Source of the DNA: Bugula neritina
Taxonomy: Eukaryota > Animalia > Bryozoa
Assembly (NCBI GenBank): GCA_964035545.1
Contig: OZ037773.1
Span: forward strand, 2,199,751 to 2,263,750
DNA: 64,000 nt
Direction of reading: 5' to 3'
The notes beneath the pieces were generated by a model, which saw nothing but the letters and a program-made list of their open reading frames with translations, was not told the DNA's origin and searched no databases. This document shows positions 11,901 to 30,591 of the stretch, piece by piece (position 1 is the stretch's first letter; each line of letters begins with the position of its first letter). The translations under genes and the position numbers were made by a program.

Positions 11901-14900
11901 GGAGAGAAAAACATAACAAATAACAGTAATATAACAGTAGAAAGTAACACAATATTCACGTGATAATGACCTACTTATAATGCTAAAGGCTGTGAATTGT
12001 TCTTTTAGTTATCATCAGCTTTTAATGAATTCAACATTGAGAACAATAATATGCTGAGGTTGAGCCATGGCAACAATTGTTTATCATGGCTTAGCATGAG
12101 ACATTTTCACTACAATGATCATTGAACCCGAGCAGAAAGGTTATTCATGACAAAATTTTCTACAAAAGAACTTAATACCACTGAAAAGTTATCACTGCTG
12201 TATCACTAATAACTAACACTGTATCACTAATAACTAACACTGTATCACTAGTTACTAACACTGTATCACTAATAACTAACACAGTATCACTAGTTACTAA
12301 CACTGTATCACTAATAACTGACACTGTATCACTAGTAACTAACATTGTATCACTAATAAAGTTAACACTGTATAACTAGTAACTAACACTGTATCACTAG
12401 TAACTGACATTATATCACTAGTAACTAACACTGTTTAACTAACACTGTACCACTAATAACCGAGACTGTATAAACCCACCTGTACCACAATCCTTCACCA
12501 TCTCCTCCTTTCTTAGGCATGGAGAACCTGTTTCTATAGTTACTAAAGTTATAGCCTCTCTCATGATTGCCCACTGCTGTCATATACGGCACGTAGGCAG
12601 CAACGCTCTGTATCTGGTCCATAAACATGTCACCTATTCTTGCATTTTGCTACAAATATAGAATTCAGCCACTCAGAGCAGAACTACCAACATTTTACTT
12701 AGAAGCAGTAAGGGAAAAATTGACATAGCCTAAGTTCTTTAATTTTATATTAAATTTTGGTTTGGGGCGCGGGGTTGAAATTCTTGCGAGAACATAACTT
12801 CTTTTGCTACATTTTTAATCTAGAACACAGGCTTTTCTCAATTTCTCCATTCCTGCACCTACCTCCAACATTTTATATCTAAACTTTGCTCATTACTCTG
12901 TTTTATAAGCTATATAATTACATTTAAATATTTTAAATTCATACAGAATGGAACAAATGACATTCTTTTTGTAAATGTATAAATCATTATATTAATATAT
13001 AAATTATAATAAAACTTTAGCACAAAAAACTAAATTGCCAGTGTAAGTGTTTGAACTCCCCAACAGTTTTGTGAAAATACAAGCCTAATTTTGAACTAAA
13101 CAGCTGCTCAAAAACAGGAAGTTCAGTTGAAAGTATTTAGACGGATGACATTGTATTCAGTATACTCACGTCTTCCATATTATATGCAAAGTCACCTAAA
13201 ATATATAATATATTGCTGAATATCATTACTATAATATAAGTTACAGCATATTTACTAAACATAACATACAAAAAACATACATGTATTTTCACCAGTTTGG
13301 GCTACTGTCACATGTTCTTCTACATCATAAAATATTATACATTATACTTTTCTAATATTAACCTGCATATGTATAATAGCATGCAATTTTACTACTTGCT
13401 AGCGTGACATGTACTTTTACTACTTGCTAGCGTAACATGCACTTTTACTACTTGCTAGCGTGACATGTACTTTTACTACTTGCTAGCGTGACATTCACTT
13501 TTACTACTTGCTAGCGTGACATGCAATTTTTGGAAAACATATCATTGTGCAATACTTATCCATATGCTTAGCCACCTTCTACTAACATATATAAACAATA
13601 CCTGTTCCACATGTGGAATGTGGTACAATTTTCTAGACTTTTGTATCAAGTTAGTATAAAAGTAGATATGGTACTTTATTTATACACATTAGTTTACTAC
13701 CATATTATACCACACAGCTCTACAATAAAACACTATTATCTATCACAACAGGACATCCCTTGATTTTAATTCTGATAGAGATATCACGATATTTTCAGAA
13801 CTTTTTGAAAGAACCGACATTATTTTAACTTTGTAACTCGCTAATAGGAAGTGATGTCATTTAATACATTACGCGATCATTTTTCAAACAGTGCCCTACA
13901 CAAATTATTTGTATGAGTAACTTGATTTCAACTGGTACCTAGAAAAATATGTGCTACGAAATTTGAGTTATGTTTTTACAAAAAAAAACTTTACCTCAAC
14001 AAAATACATACCAAAATTTAATTATTATGTAACTGACTTATGAAGCATTACAAAAGATTCAGCTAAAATAGCAAGACCAGTATGAAAATACATTCACTTT
14101 TTAAAAATATACATAAGTTAATTTTAAAACTAGTTAAATTGCAATAAAACACAAGCCCAAGTTAGCTATTTATCTAAATCCATTCCTTTTTATACTTAAA
14201 CCTAAGTCAGAAGACTTGACGACTCAAGATTACTTGAAAACATCCACGGGTTCATAAACCTAGCTATGAAGCCTTTGCAGTAGGCTGAATAGACTTGTAC
14301 TAACATACGTTGCAACATTGTAATAGCACATTATATTATACTGTGACATTTTAATGACATATAATCCTAGACTTAGAACTCAGGAACAGCTGACAACCTA
14401 TTATAGGACTGGTGACTCACCCACATGAAACACGGCATCAATTGATCTCATCTCAGCCTCTGTCTGAAGTCTACCGATAGATCTACCATTTACATTGCCC
14501 AAGTCCCCGTAGATGGCCACAACTGGTGACCAGTCGGGCCCTGTGATAGGGGCCCGGTATGAGAAGATAGCTGACCAACCGGCATCTTCATTCCCAACAC
14601 GATAGTCTGTAACGTACAGGAAAGTTAAATAACTATAACTGTTTTGACTCCAATATCTGACTTATTTTGTAAAATGGACTCAATGTATATTGTCATAATA
14701 GTAAGTGACATAAAAATTACTGTAGAATTTTGCTGGTTTCAAATTGGTCATGGTAGCTCTGTGTATGAATAGCTGACGCTTTTCTGTCCCTCCATCAGTA
14801 AAAAGAGTTACTGTAGCATTTGCCTCTTTCCACAAAGAAGTGCCTTGAAGATTGTATTGTACGACTCCTTTAGTATTTTGAAAAGTTGTCCAGGTTGCAA

Positions 14901-15413
14901 CCATATCGCCATTGTATTCTACAACATACACAGCAGCTAACTCGATAAACAAACTCTGGTATATGTTTATAAAAATTAATAAGGGTAAAAACTGACATTT
15001 TTGAAACAGCCAAAAATATTTTTAAAAAAATTAGTAGCATAGACACTGTGAACTGCTTTGAAATATGTGCATTATAACTATTTTAATCTTTATAAAACTG
15101 AGACATTGTTCACTATCAATACATATTAGCATTATGTAATACGTCACTAAATCTCAAAATGAGAAGCTTAGGATCTGGCTGTTTAAATTATAGAGTGTTA
15201 CTTGCCTCCTATGGATAGATGCACTTGGCGAGGGTATCGAAGGTCTTGTGGGAAAGGAAAATCAGTTGCACCAACAGACAGAATTTTATCAGAGTCAGCA
15301 TTTGATTTTAAACTTGGAATGTAAGTCTTGAATAAACCGCCAACAGCAGACACTGAGATAATTGAGGCACTAAATAACAATAGTGCACAGCAGGAGAAAA
15401 GCTGAACATGCAT
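5980..15413 (-). CDS. ACP7: Purple acid phosphatase (ACP7/PAPL-like), copy A, 473 aa. Exons 15413-15206, 14918-14721, 14606-14421, 13195-13170, 12649-12480, 11425-11308, 11172-11065, 10674-10570, 10057-9986, 6413-6291, 6087-5980
   Basis: Signal peptide, FN3-like N-domain, and metal-ligand motifs GDLG, GDFAY, GNHE, VLGHKPMY, GAHEH. Exon phases are consistent with no stops. Intron 1 is GC-AG. Confidence 0.92.
6408..7143 (-). repeat. 26-bp minisatellite, downstream part (~28 units), made of the ACP7 exon-10 splice acceptor
   Basis: Sense unit ATATACTTACTATTTACA(G/T)GGGATGT; present as a single copy in paralog B at ~22665-22690. Confidence 0.97.
7144..9180 (-). mobile_element. 5'-truncated CR1/L2-group LINE with intact RT frame (stop at 7318), 3' UTR and (CAAA)n tail
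   Basis: Motifs NYRPISILP, QYGFR, DFSKAFD, GVPQGSVLGP, YADDT, FLGV.ID..LNW. No endonuclease domain. AATAAA at 7166-7171 (minus strand) followed by (CAAA)n. Absent from the right arm. Confidence 0.95.
9181..9563 (-). repeat. 26-bp minisatellite, upstream part (~15 units)
   Basis: Same unit as 6408-7143, with repeat phase continuous across the LINE. Confidence 0.97.
12197..12470. repeat. ~21-22-bp intronic minisatellite next to the ACP7-A exon 5 donor
   Basis: (AACACTGTATCACTARTAACT)n, about 12 copies; only about 4 in copy B at ~19838-19925. Confidence 0.9.
13378..13527. repeat. ~30-bp intronic minisatellite (mirror at ~18816-18936)
   Basis: Repeats of CATGYACTTTTACTACTTGCTAGCGTGA. Confidence 0.9.
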
Positions 15414-16611
15414 TCTTGTAGTTGATGTTCACTTCAACTTCTGGACACAGAAATCTAAATTAAAATTAGGTTTATTTAGGTTACAGCACCAAGTGTAGCG
15501 TATAAATTGAAATACACGCGCAGTCACACTGCCCTTGTCACTAGCGGTAACTCTAAGTGACTTTTACTTTCACTCTGTCCGGTGATGTATATCACACTCA
15601 ATGTGCCTCAGTGACCTTTACAGAGAGTCAGAATGACGCTGACAGTGAGTCAACGTCAAACACAATCGAAAATCAGTATCACAATGACAATCACAATGAG
15701 AATAACTGTCAATGAATTATACGATGACAATCACACACACAACGGCTACCGCTATCGGCTATGGCCGATGAGTATGAGTATCAGTATGAGTATGTGAATA
15801 AGAAAATTTTACTTTTTATTCAAATCGAAGTTTATCAAAAATCTTTGCGGCTAGCCTCTGTGCACCACTGTGACTGTATGTTAGTCAAAATACATTAGGT
15901 AATTTAGATAAGTGTTCAAAACTTGTGCCTTTTTGCTTAGTTGCTTGGTGGGTTATTACATCACTAGCGAAGACTTGCTTATAAACAAAAGAAGAAGGTC
16001 AAGGAGAATCACGTGCATGAATGTTTATTTTTATTATTCTTCTAGCCACGCCCCGTGAGTCGAAATGTAGAAAATACCTATCAATGCAAATTATTTATCA
16101 TGAAAACCACTGAAATAAAATATTTATTGCAATTTAATGATAAAAAATGTAAATTGTTTTGACAGTAAATTTGCAACTGTGAAAAAAGTTATTGAGTCAG
16201 AGGCTATACAATTCAGAAAATTGAATATTTCTTTGAAAAGGCTCATTTTGAGCAGATGACTCTAACAACAACAACTAGGATTATACATAAAATAGTCTAT
16301 ATTGCGCAAAATTATTATAAGTTTTATAACTTAGAACATTTGCAACTTCAAGTAAATTGGCTGCATAGCTATCTGCACAACATGCTGTCCTTTAATCGAG
16401 TAGTTTTGTAGGAAACTAATCTTCATATTTTTATGAAACACAGTGACTAATGTACTATATTTTATAAATCATGTTGATCTACTTTTATGATTGATGTGAA
16501 ACTGAAGTTTGCTCTAGCTACTAGGTCTTGCAGTGGTCAATGATGCGGTTGAAAACAACTTCCACCAGTAAGCGTGCAATTAACATCAGGTCTTTGTCGT
16601 TTATACCAACC

Positions 16612-19600
16612 CGCAACATAATAATATTATATTATTTTATAACCCTAGTTGTTATTATTAGAGTCATCTGCTCAAAATGAGCCCTTTCAGAAAAACATTT
16701 AATTGTATGAATTTTATAGCCTCTGATTTAGGAGTTTTTTCACAGTTACAAATTTACTGTAAAAACAATTATCAAATTTTAATACATATTCTATTTTAGT
16801 GGCTTTCATATTAGATAATTTGCATTGATTAGGTATTTTCTATGTTTCAACTCACGGGGCGTGGCTAGAAGGTAAATAAAAATAAACATTCAAGCACGTG
16901 ATTCTCCTTTACCTTCTCCTTTTGTTTATAAGCAATTCTTCGCTAGCGATGTAATAACCCACCGAGTAGTAGTAATAGTAACTAAATCATAAGGCTCAAT
17001 TTCCGCAAACTTAACCCTTGTTTGAACACTTATCTAAATTATCTAATGTATTTTAATTATCGTACAGTCACAGTGGTGCGCAAAGGTTAGCCGCAAAAGT
17101 TTTTGATAGACTTCGATTAGAATAAAAAGTAAAATTTTCCTATTCACTTACTCATAACTCATAAGTCATAGGCCATAGCCGTTGCGACTGTGATTGTCAT
17201 TGTGAGTATCAGTATAATTCATTCATTGTGATAGTTGTTCTTATTGTGATTGTCATTGTGATACTAATTTTCGATTGCGTTTGACTTTGACTCAATGTCG
17301 GCGTCATTCTGACTCTCGATAAAGGTCACTGAGGCACATTCACATTGAATTTGATTCACATCGCCGAGCAGAGTGAAGCTGAAAGTTAAAGTCGTTTAGA
17401 GTTACGGTTACTGACAAAGACAGTATGACTGTGGGTGTATTTGTAAGCTACACTTGGTGCTGTAACTTGAATAAATTTTAGTTTTAGATTTCTGTGTCCA
17501 GAAGTTGAAGTGAACATCAATTCCAAGAATGCATGTTCAGCTTTTCTCCTACTGTGCACTATTGTTATTTAGTGCCTTAATTATCTCAGTGTCTGCTGTT
17601 GGCGGTTTATTCAAGACTTACATTCCAAGTTTAAAATCAAATGCTGACTCTGATATAGTTCTGTCTGTTGGTGCAACGGATTTTCCTTTCCCGCAAGACC
17701 TTCGATACCCTCGCCAAGTGCATCTATCTGTAGGAGGCAAGTAACACTCTATAATTTAAACAGTCGGATCCTAAGCTTCTCATTTTGAGACTCGGCGATT
17801 TATTACCTAATGCTAATATGTATTGAAAGTGAACAATGTCTCAGTTTTATAAAGATTAAAATAGTTATAATGCACATATTTCAAAGCAGTTCACAGTGTC
17901 TATGCTACTAAAATTTTTAAAAATAGTTTTTGCTGTTTCAAAAATGTCAGTTTTTACCCTTATTAATTTTTGTAAACATAATACCAGAGTTTGTTTATCG
18001 AGTTAGCTGCTGTGTATGTTGTAGAATACAATGGCGATATGGTTGCAACCTGGACAACTTTTCAAAATACTAAAGGAGTCATACAATACAATCTTCAAGG
18101 CACTTCTTTGTGGAAAGAGGCAAATGCTACAGTAACTCTTTTTACTGATGGAGGGACAGAAAAGCGCCAGCTATTCATACACAGGGCTACCATGACCAAC
18201 TTGAAGCCAGCAAAATTCTACAGTAATTTTTTTATGTCACTTACTAATATTATGACAATATACATTGAGTCCATTTTACAAAATAATGGTCAGATATCGG
18301 AGTTATTTAACTTTCCTTTACGTTACAGACTATCGTGTTGGGAATGAAGATGCCGGTTGGTCAGCTATCTTCTCATACCGGGCCCCTATCACAGGGCCCG
18401 ACTGGTCACCAGTTGTGGCCATCTACGGGGACTTGGGCAATGTAAATGGTAGATCTATCGGTAGACTTCAAACAGAGGCTGAGATGAGATCAATTGATGC
18501 CGTGTTTCATGTGGGTGAGTCACCAGTCCTATGATGGGTTGTCAGCTGTTCCAGAGTCCTAAGTCTAAGATCTAAGTCTAGGATTATATGTCATTACAAT
18601 GTTACAGTATAGTATAATGTGCTATTACAACGTTACAACATTATATTATAGTATAATATGTTACATTACTATTTTATATTAACTTGATACAAAAATCTAG
18701 AAAATTAGACTACATTCCACATGTGGAACAGGCATTGTTTATATATATTAATAGAAGGTGGTATGGCTAAGCATGTTATAGCCAAGTATTGCACAATGAT
18801 ATGTTTTCCGTAAATTGCATGTCACGCTAGCTAGTAGTAAAAAGTACATGTCACGCTAGCAAGTAGTAAAAGTGCATGTCACGCTAGCAAGTAGTAAAAG
18901 TACATGTCACGCTAGCAAGTAGTAAAAGTACATGCTATTATACATATGCAGGTTATTATTAGAAAAGTAAATGTATAATATTTTATGATGTAGAAGAACA
19001 TGTGACAGTAGCCCAAACTGGTGATAATGCATGTTTTCTGTATGTTATGTTTAGTAAATCTGCTGTAACTTGTATTATAGTAATGATATTCAACAGTATA
19101 TTATATATTTTAGGTGACTTCGCATATAATATGGAAGACGTGAGTATACCGAATACAATGTCATCCATCTAAATACTTTCAACTGAACTTCCTGTTTTTG
19201 AGCAGCTGTTTAGTTCAAAATTAGGCTTGTATTTTCACAAAACTGTTGGGGAGTTCAAACATTTACACTGGCAATTTAGTTTTTTTGTGCTAAAGTTTTA
19301 TTATAATTTATATATTAATATAATGATTTATACATTTACAAAAAGCATGTCATTTGTTCCATTTTGTATGAATTTAAAATATTTAAATATAATTATATAG
19401 CTTATAAAACAGAGTAATGAGCAAAGTTTAGATATAAAATGTTGGAGGTAGGTGCAGGAATGGAGAAATTGAGAAAAGCCTGTGTTCTAGATTAAAAATG
19501 TAGCATAAAAAGTTATGTTCTCACAAGAATTTTAACCCGCGCCCCAAACCAAAATTTAATATAAAATTAAAGAACTTGGGCTATCTCAATTTTTCCCTTT

Positions 19601-22600
19601 CTGCTTCTAAGTAAAATGTTATTAGTTCTGCTCTGAGTGGTTAAATTCTATATTTGTAGCAAAATGCAAGAATAGGTGACATGTTTATGGACCAGATAGA
19701 GAGCGTTGCTGCCTACGTGCCGTATATGACAGCAGTGGGCAATCATGAGAGAGGCTATAACTTTAGTAACTATAGAAACAGGTTCTCCATGCCTAAGAAA
19801 GGAGGAGATGGTGAAGGATTGTGGTACAGGTGGGTCAATACAGTGTCAGTTCCTAGTGATATAATGTCAGTTACTAGTGATACAGTGTTAACTTTAGTGA
19901 TACAGTGTTAGTTATTAGTGATACAGCAGCGATAATCTTTTCAGTGGTATTAAGTTTCTTGGTAGAATATTTTATCATGAATAACTTTCTGCTCGGGTTC
20001 AATGATTATTCTAGTGAGAATGTCTCATGCTAAGCCATGATAAACAATCGTTGTCATGGCTCAACCTCAGCATATTATTGTACTCAATGTTGAATTCACT
20101 AAAAGCTGATGATAATAACTAAAAGAACAATTCACAGCCTATAGCATTATAAGTAGGTCATTATCACTTGAATACTGTGTTACTTTCTACTGTGATATTA
20201 CTGTTATTTGTTATGTTTTTCCCTCCACCAGTTGGGAGACTGCACCATGCAGTCAGTAATGACATGGATTTGTAAACTATTGACCTGGGCCAATGCTGAT
20301 AACAAACTAATAACTAAAAGCATATTGGACTCGTTTTCATTTCAAAGTCTAAGATTTGTTATTTGATATCTATTTTAGTTTCCTCATAATGTACCACTTT
20401 GTTGACAGTACATTATTATACTATTACTCTACTTTATGCAGACCTGTTTTGTTTTATATTTATTGTAACTGGTGATTTTGCTTCGGTTTTGCATACTTCT
20501 CTAAATTAAAGTAAAAACAAGCTCTCATATAGGCAAGTTACATTTCATCTTATTGCTTTTTAACATCAGCAGATTATGTAAATTGTACCAAAGGTAGTAA
20601 ACAGATACTCTAAAACCTCAACTAACTATTGCATAAATTAGAGTTGTGTCCTCTTTTAGGGTATTATAATAAACATATTAAAGTTGTGTGTTGTAGCTTT
20701 GATTATGGGCCGGCTCACATCATCACAATCAACACTGAAATCTATTTCTTTCAAGATATCACAGGGCCAGGACTTATTGGTAAACAGAAAAAGTGGCTGA
20801 AAGAAGATTTAAAAGTAATATTATCCAATTGGCCATCTCTAAAAATAGTTAGATAATTGTACATTTTAAACCAATTTAGTATGCTGTGTGTCTTTCGCAT
20901 ATTTTTATCATTTTTCTCATTTATGCTACTTGATTCTTATCCAGTCACATGTTCCATGCTGATAATTTATTTCAAATGTAAATTTTAATTTTCTCAATTA
21001 TAGAAAGCAAATGAAAATCGAGCGGAACGACCTTGGCTGATAGTCCTAGGTCACAAGCCGATGTACTGCTCAAATGCAGATGCGGATGACTGCACATACT
21101 ACGAAGGTTTTGTAAGTATTTCATTCACATTTAAACTTATATTTCTCTCAGTGCAAAAGAAAGCCACTCTATACCATCCTGATATGTAAAACGGTTATTC
21201 TCATAAACTGCGTGAAAAGATGAGATGTGCCAAGTCAAACATTGTGTTTATTTGTTAGACTGTTCGCTTTTTTGCATTGAAAGTTCTGGGGCCGCTGCCG
21301 ACATCATAGCGTGCTATTTTACAAGTTTAGAGTAAACTTTTTAGGCTGTACACAGGAAATAAACCGAATACTGTGTATCTTGTTGAAATAAAAGGCTATA
21401 TAATGATATTATATAGTAATAATATATATAATATTACTTTGATAATTGTTTACTTTGTATATAGTTATTTTTGTTATACCTTCCCACCAATCTAGCTGTT
21501 CAATTATGTAACATTTATTTATAGATAAGGTATGCGTTTGAAGATCTATTCTATGACTCCGGGGTTGATATTTATATCGGAGCACACGAACATTCCTACG
21601 AGCGGTCCTGGCCTCTTTATAATAGAAAGGTTCGAATTTTCTATGAACTTATAGTTATATAGAAAACTTGCAGCATTCTGGCTTGCTAGGATAAGTTCTC
21701 AAGATTTCATGAAGACACCCGTCTATTTCATACCCCAACCCAGTAACTGCTTTGTTACTGACTAAAAGCTAGAAACTATAGTATTGCTTTCACTACTTAA
21801 TTGTGAACTTTAACTCAATTTTGTACTGAATTATTTAATTCTGTTTCAGTTATAAATAGGTTAACTCATTGTCATTGTATTTTACTATCTTATATCAACC
21901 CCTTTGTGCTGCTGAAAATAGAATGGTTGATTGTATAATTTGGCTACATCTGATAATATATTATTATAATATATTATTATTATCTACTTAATAAACAGTT
22001 GGCTATATTCATTTAATGTAGGTGTTGTGATAAGACATTGTAATTTATTATATTGGTTTTAGTTTCCAGTAATGTTATTATTTACTTTGTTTTGTGTGGT
22101 TATGATGTTCTACAGGAGTCAACAATCTAGTGTTAGTGTGTTTTTAATAACTTTGTAGATATGTAATGGAAGTTATGACCACCCGTACACTGAACCAAAT
22201 GCACCCATTCATATTATAACTGGATCAGCTGTAAGTCAATCACTTGCTAGCACCTGATTGGTTGCTTAAAATTTTGAAATATTCTATGGCAGCATAAGCA
22301 AGATTAATTTGCTGTACTCATATCCTACAATATATGAAGTGTGAACTAAAAATGTGAAATATGAAATTAAACTTTTTGGACCAAGAGTATTATCAAAACC
22401 TGTGACCGTCGGGTGGCCTTGAAAAAGTATTCAAATATTATTTAGTAATTTGTTGAACCTGCAAAGTTCATATATATATGATAAATAAATGAGAAATTGT
22501 ATGACGGAATATGCAGTGTTTTTGGTAAAAACTATGATTTTATTGGGACTGAATGTAAACTTATTATGTTTGGGATTGTTAGTTGATTAACAGCTGTGGG

Positions 22601-24566
22601 GGGGGGAGGGGGGCGTATGTTTGTTTGCTAGCTCTAGGGGGGCGTATGTATGTTTAATAACCGCATATACTTACTATTTACAGGGGATGTATGCCGAACA
22701 CGATGGTTTCACCAAAGACAAACCTTTCTGGAGTGCATATCGAGCTATTAACTATGGATACAATAAGTTTCATATCAGTAACTCCACTCACATATTTGTT
22801 GAATGGGTAAGTGATGCATATTAAAATAAGACATGGGGAAGTTTTATTGTGTGTTTTCATTAACATGTCAGCATGGTATGATTATCAATACTTGGTGAAG
22901 CACACCTGTATTCTGTAATTTACTGGATTAATTGTATAACAGTCATTCAAAATTAATAATTGCCTTTCTGGTCTCAAGTCATTCAACAAATGTTCACACA
23001 ATTTTTGTGCATTCATATTTATGTTCTCTTTTCTCTATTGGTGTAAATATTGTGTAGGTTGACGATGAACTGAATGGGAAAATCACTGATTCTTTCTGGA
23101 TTATAAAGAGTAAGCATGGCAAGGGAACTTATGACTGCCACCTCAGGCAAGGAAAACGCTGGTAGAATCAGTTTCATCACTTCATTTTCTCTTTGTATCC
23201 AGATGGTTGAGTTTAACCAACTATTTCCCTTAACATAAAACTCTAAGCCTATATTACTTAACTAAACTTACTCAAGTTGAGGCACAAAAACATTAACTGT
23301 AGCCACATGCCTACTGGTTGAGATCTGAAATTTGATTGGATGTTGACAAGCATTTCTAACTGAGCTTTCCGTTATTGATTACTTGATAAGACCTTCTACT
23401 CCTTGTGTACAACTCTATTCCAATTTGCTCGCATTGTTTGACAATATATTATACAAGGGATTTTCATTTGTCTACTAAAAGTTTGGGTGGAGATAAAATC
23501 TGTGCTTTATAAACAATACTTTAGCATTGCTATTTATGTTCTATATTTATTTTTGTATTATGATTTATAGTATGATAATCAAAAAGACAATTCACTCTTT
23601 TTAGTTTAATAGCTTATTTTTTGTCCTCAATTTTATTCACTCTAATATATAGTATGCAATCATCGTATATTTCTAAATGTCATATTTTCTTGACACTGTT
23701 TCGTTTCTAAATCAAATAAATTTGACAAAAATAAATTAATTGTAATAATTATGGTTTTGAGATAAAAGATTACTGTAGCACATTTTCACAATTTAGCAGA
23801 CATAAGTTAAAATTTTAACTATTATTGCCAATGGTCTAATACTATCATCATTGTTTTAGCTGAAATTCCATGCACATATGCTATATAGCCATTTAATATC
23901 TTGTTCATACGAAAAGTGGCAGCCCTCTGTTTCTGTGTTGAGTTCATCTAATCTTCAACTTCCAATATGGTTTTCAGCTTTTTCGATTTAATCTTTTCTA
24001 AAACAGCAATGATACAGTGAGTGACCTTTGTTTTCATTTATGATTAAATATATTTTCACTCGTTGAAAATGAACGTTGCATTTTATTGAAACAAAAGCAG
24101 CAGTTTGTGAAAACATTGACATCCTAAATTTGATTAATCAATACTGAAATCAATATAATCTGTTAGAGCAAGATTAATGCTGGCAGAGATTGCATAGGCT
24201 CATATTACTTTAACTGAAGGCTACGTGGTACTCCATAAACTGTCAAATAAGCTTTAAATTCTACTCAAGAAAAATAATTTAAATATCTTTAGCTGCTGCA
24301 ACACTCCTCCATCACGAAGCTAGCCCAGTTATTACACAGCATGAGTGTTGCAGTAGCTAAGAATAGCATGCAATGAAAGTCAGCAATACTATTAGTTTTA
24401 TAATACCAGGATTACAGAGCCGACTAGAAACAGGTGATCAGAAATTCGAAACTAATTCGAGATAATATGTTGTCACAAATTTAAATAAAAAACAAAATTG
24501 TTTGAGCAAACAGCCTGTAGATGATAGCTAATATATATGAATATTTTAATACTGTATGAATAAAGC
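16612..24566. repeat. Right arm of large inverted duplication
   Basis: For example 16660-16680 mirrors 16243-16263 and 24421-24446 mirrors 4717-4742. A spacer of ~300 bp lies at ~16307-16611. Confidence 0.93.
17529..23165 (+). CDS. ACP7: Purple acid phosphatase (ACP7/PAPL-like), copy B, 473 aa. Exons 17529-17736, 18025-18222, 18329-18514, 19114-19139, 19660-19829, 20697-20814, 21004-21111, 21525-21629, 22159-22230, 22684-22806, 23058-23165
   Basis: Same motifs as copy A (GDLG, GDFAY, GNHE, GHKPMY, GAHEHSYER). Exon lengths sum to 1422 nt in frame. Confidence 0.94.
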
Positions 24567-25064
24567 AATGTCAGGGATTCTATGAGTACATAATATTATA
24601 TCATGTCAATGTTTACTATGACTAGAAGAATTTGGCTATTAACATTTCATAGAGCACATGTTTATGTTTGATTCATGTAAGAGGTAAGGAAAAGGGTTCT
24701 GTTATGTTAAGGCAAACCTAAGAATAAGTCAGTATTTTAAAGCATATGTGCTACTGGTTTGTAGGGTTTTCCTTTGACTCACAGCTTGGCAGCCTGCCTT
24801 GCAGCAGATATAAATATTTCGCAGGTTCAAATCTTAAAGATTTTTTGATGCAATGGTGAATAATAACTGTGTGTTCCACACGTACCTGCTACTTATTCCC
24901 TTATACATAACTGACAACAAAATGATTATTTGTAATATCTCATTGAACACTATAGAACTTTGCATAATGTATAATTCAGCTTATAGCTACAAGCATATAT
25001 GTTAAAATAACAAAACTGGTTTTTTTCAGTCTCAACTCTCAATAACCATACATACACAAAAGAT

Positions 25065-25320
25065 GGTGTAGGACAAAAATGGCACAAGTAAAGATGGCAC
25101 AAGTAATAATACGTCCCAAATGGAAAGCTAGATAAAAGTGGCACATTTTCAATATTGGGGTTTGAGTTTTGGTTTGGGGTTTGAGTTTTGAGTGGGGGTT
25201 TGGGTACGAGTTTGAGGTTTGAGCAAATTCAAACTCAGTGTGCCATCTTTACTTACTTTTTCATTTGCGCTATTATTACCTATGCCATTATTACCTGTAG
25301 CTACTATTTTACCTAGAATC
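25065..25320. mobile_element. Non-autonomous foldback/MITE-like element
   Basis: AAAAATGGCACAAGT repeats at the left, TGCCATTATTACCT repeats at the right, and an internal GGTTTGRG/GGTTTGAG low-complexity core. A related terminus occurs at 58843-58926. Confidence 0.7.
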
Positions 25321-25399
25321 ACTGAAAATATCTCCTCAGCTTGCCTAACATCTAATAATAAGACTCTATTACATAAGAAGATTCACAAATGGCCTCATG

Positions 25400-29613
<4,214 letters not shown>

Positions 29614-30591
29614 GGCAGATGCCACAGTGGTGCTACCTGGATGATGCAGTTGCAAGATAAAAAAACAATTGAACTAAAAGCAGAAGCCCCTCATATATAT
29701 GGACTTAATTTAACAATTACAGCTCCATGCTATAGTTGAGCCATCTTCGAAGACTTGAAACTTTTTATAGAAATTAAACATTAGCAAAACAAAACTACAT
29801 CTATCAGCGCTAGTGCTTATAACATATATCTAATAACCACAACATAATTTAGAAAAATAGGAAGTTTTACCTGTTACAGGTGTTTTAGACTCCACCCAAC
29901 AACTGACAGGACTTCTTGCAACAATGTATACAAAGTAGCAACTTCAAGTCCTTCGAGAAATATGATTCCGAAAACGGAGAATGGCTCGAACGATTCAGTA
30001 AATTAAAATTGATTTTTTTTCCAGCTTCATGTTATTAACTTTAGCAGGAAATGATGCATTAATGTAATGTAAATTCAAATAGACTGTGGATAATGGATGA
30101 AAGTAGACCGAAGCTAACTAGAGAAGTTATATTGCACATATCAATGACAAATTCTAAACTTTTAGCTAGGTAATACATTGTCCAGGTTTACCAAGTTTAG
30201 TTTTTTCAAGCAATAAAAGTGTAAATTATTATGTTAACAGTAATGGTACCCAACAAAACGAGGTGAAAATTATTTTTGTAATTGATTTTGTCAGAAATTT
30301 ATGCGTCCAGTTATCAATACTTGTATGACAATACGACTCAATATATCTTCGAACACCCTTCGATTTATTATTTTTTATAAAAACTTAGAGAGATCCAACC
30401 AGGACAAGCTCAGTAAACATGAGAAAACAATTCCCCCTATTGTAGCTCACAAATATGTAGGGAAAATAATATTCATATAAAAAGATAACATAACAGAGTA
30501 CTATATATGCTAATTAGAAAGTAGGCTGTATAATGTGTATATAACTTTGAACTGGTAGAAAATACAGCTGATTTAGTATCAAAACAGTCAA

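Larger units (their letters stand above)
4612..16306. repeat. Left arm of large inverted duplication
   Basis: Reverse complement of ~16612-24566 along its length (exons, introns, 3' flank), apart from arm-specific insertions. Boundaries are approximate. Confidence 0.93.

Noticed and set aside
29871-29990. Upstream coding exon with a signal peptide for the TM protein
   Set aside because: A donor is present, but the required frame has an upstream stop and no ATG; more likely 5' UTR.
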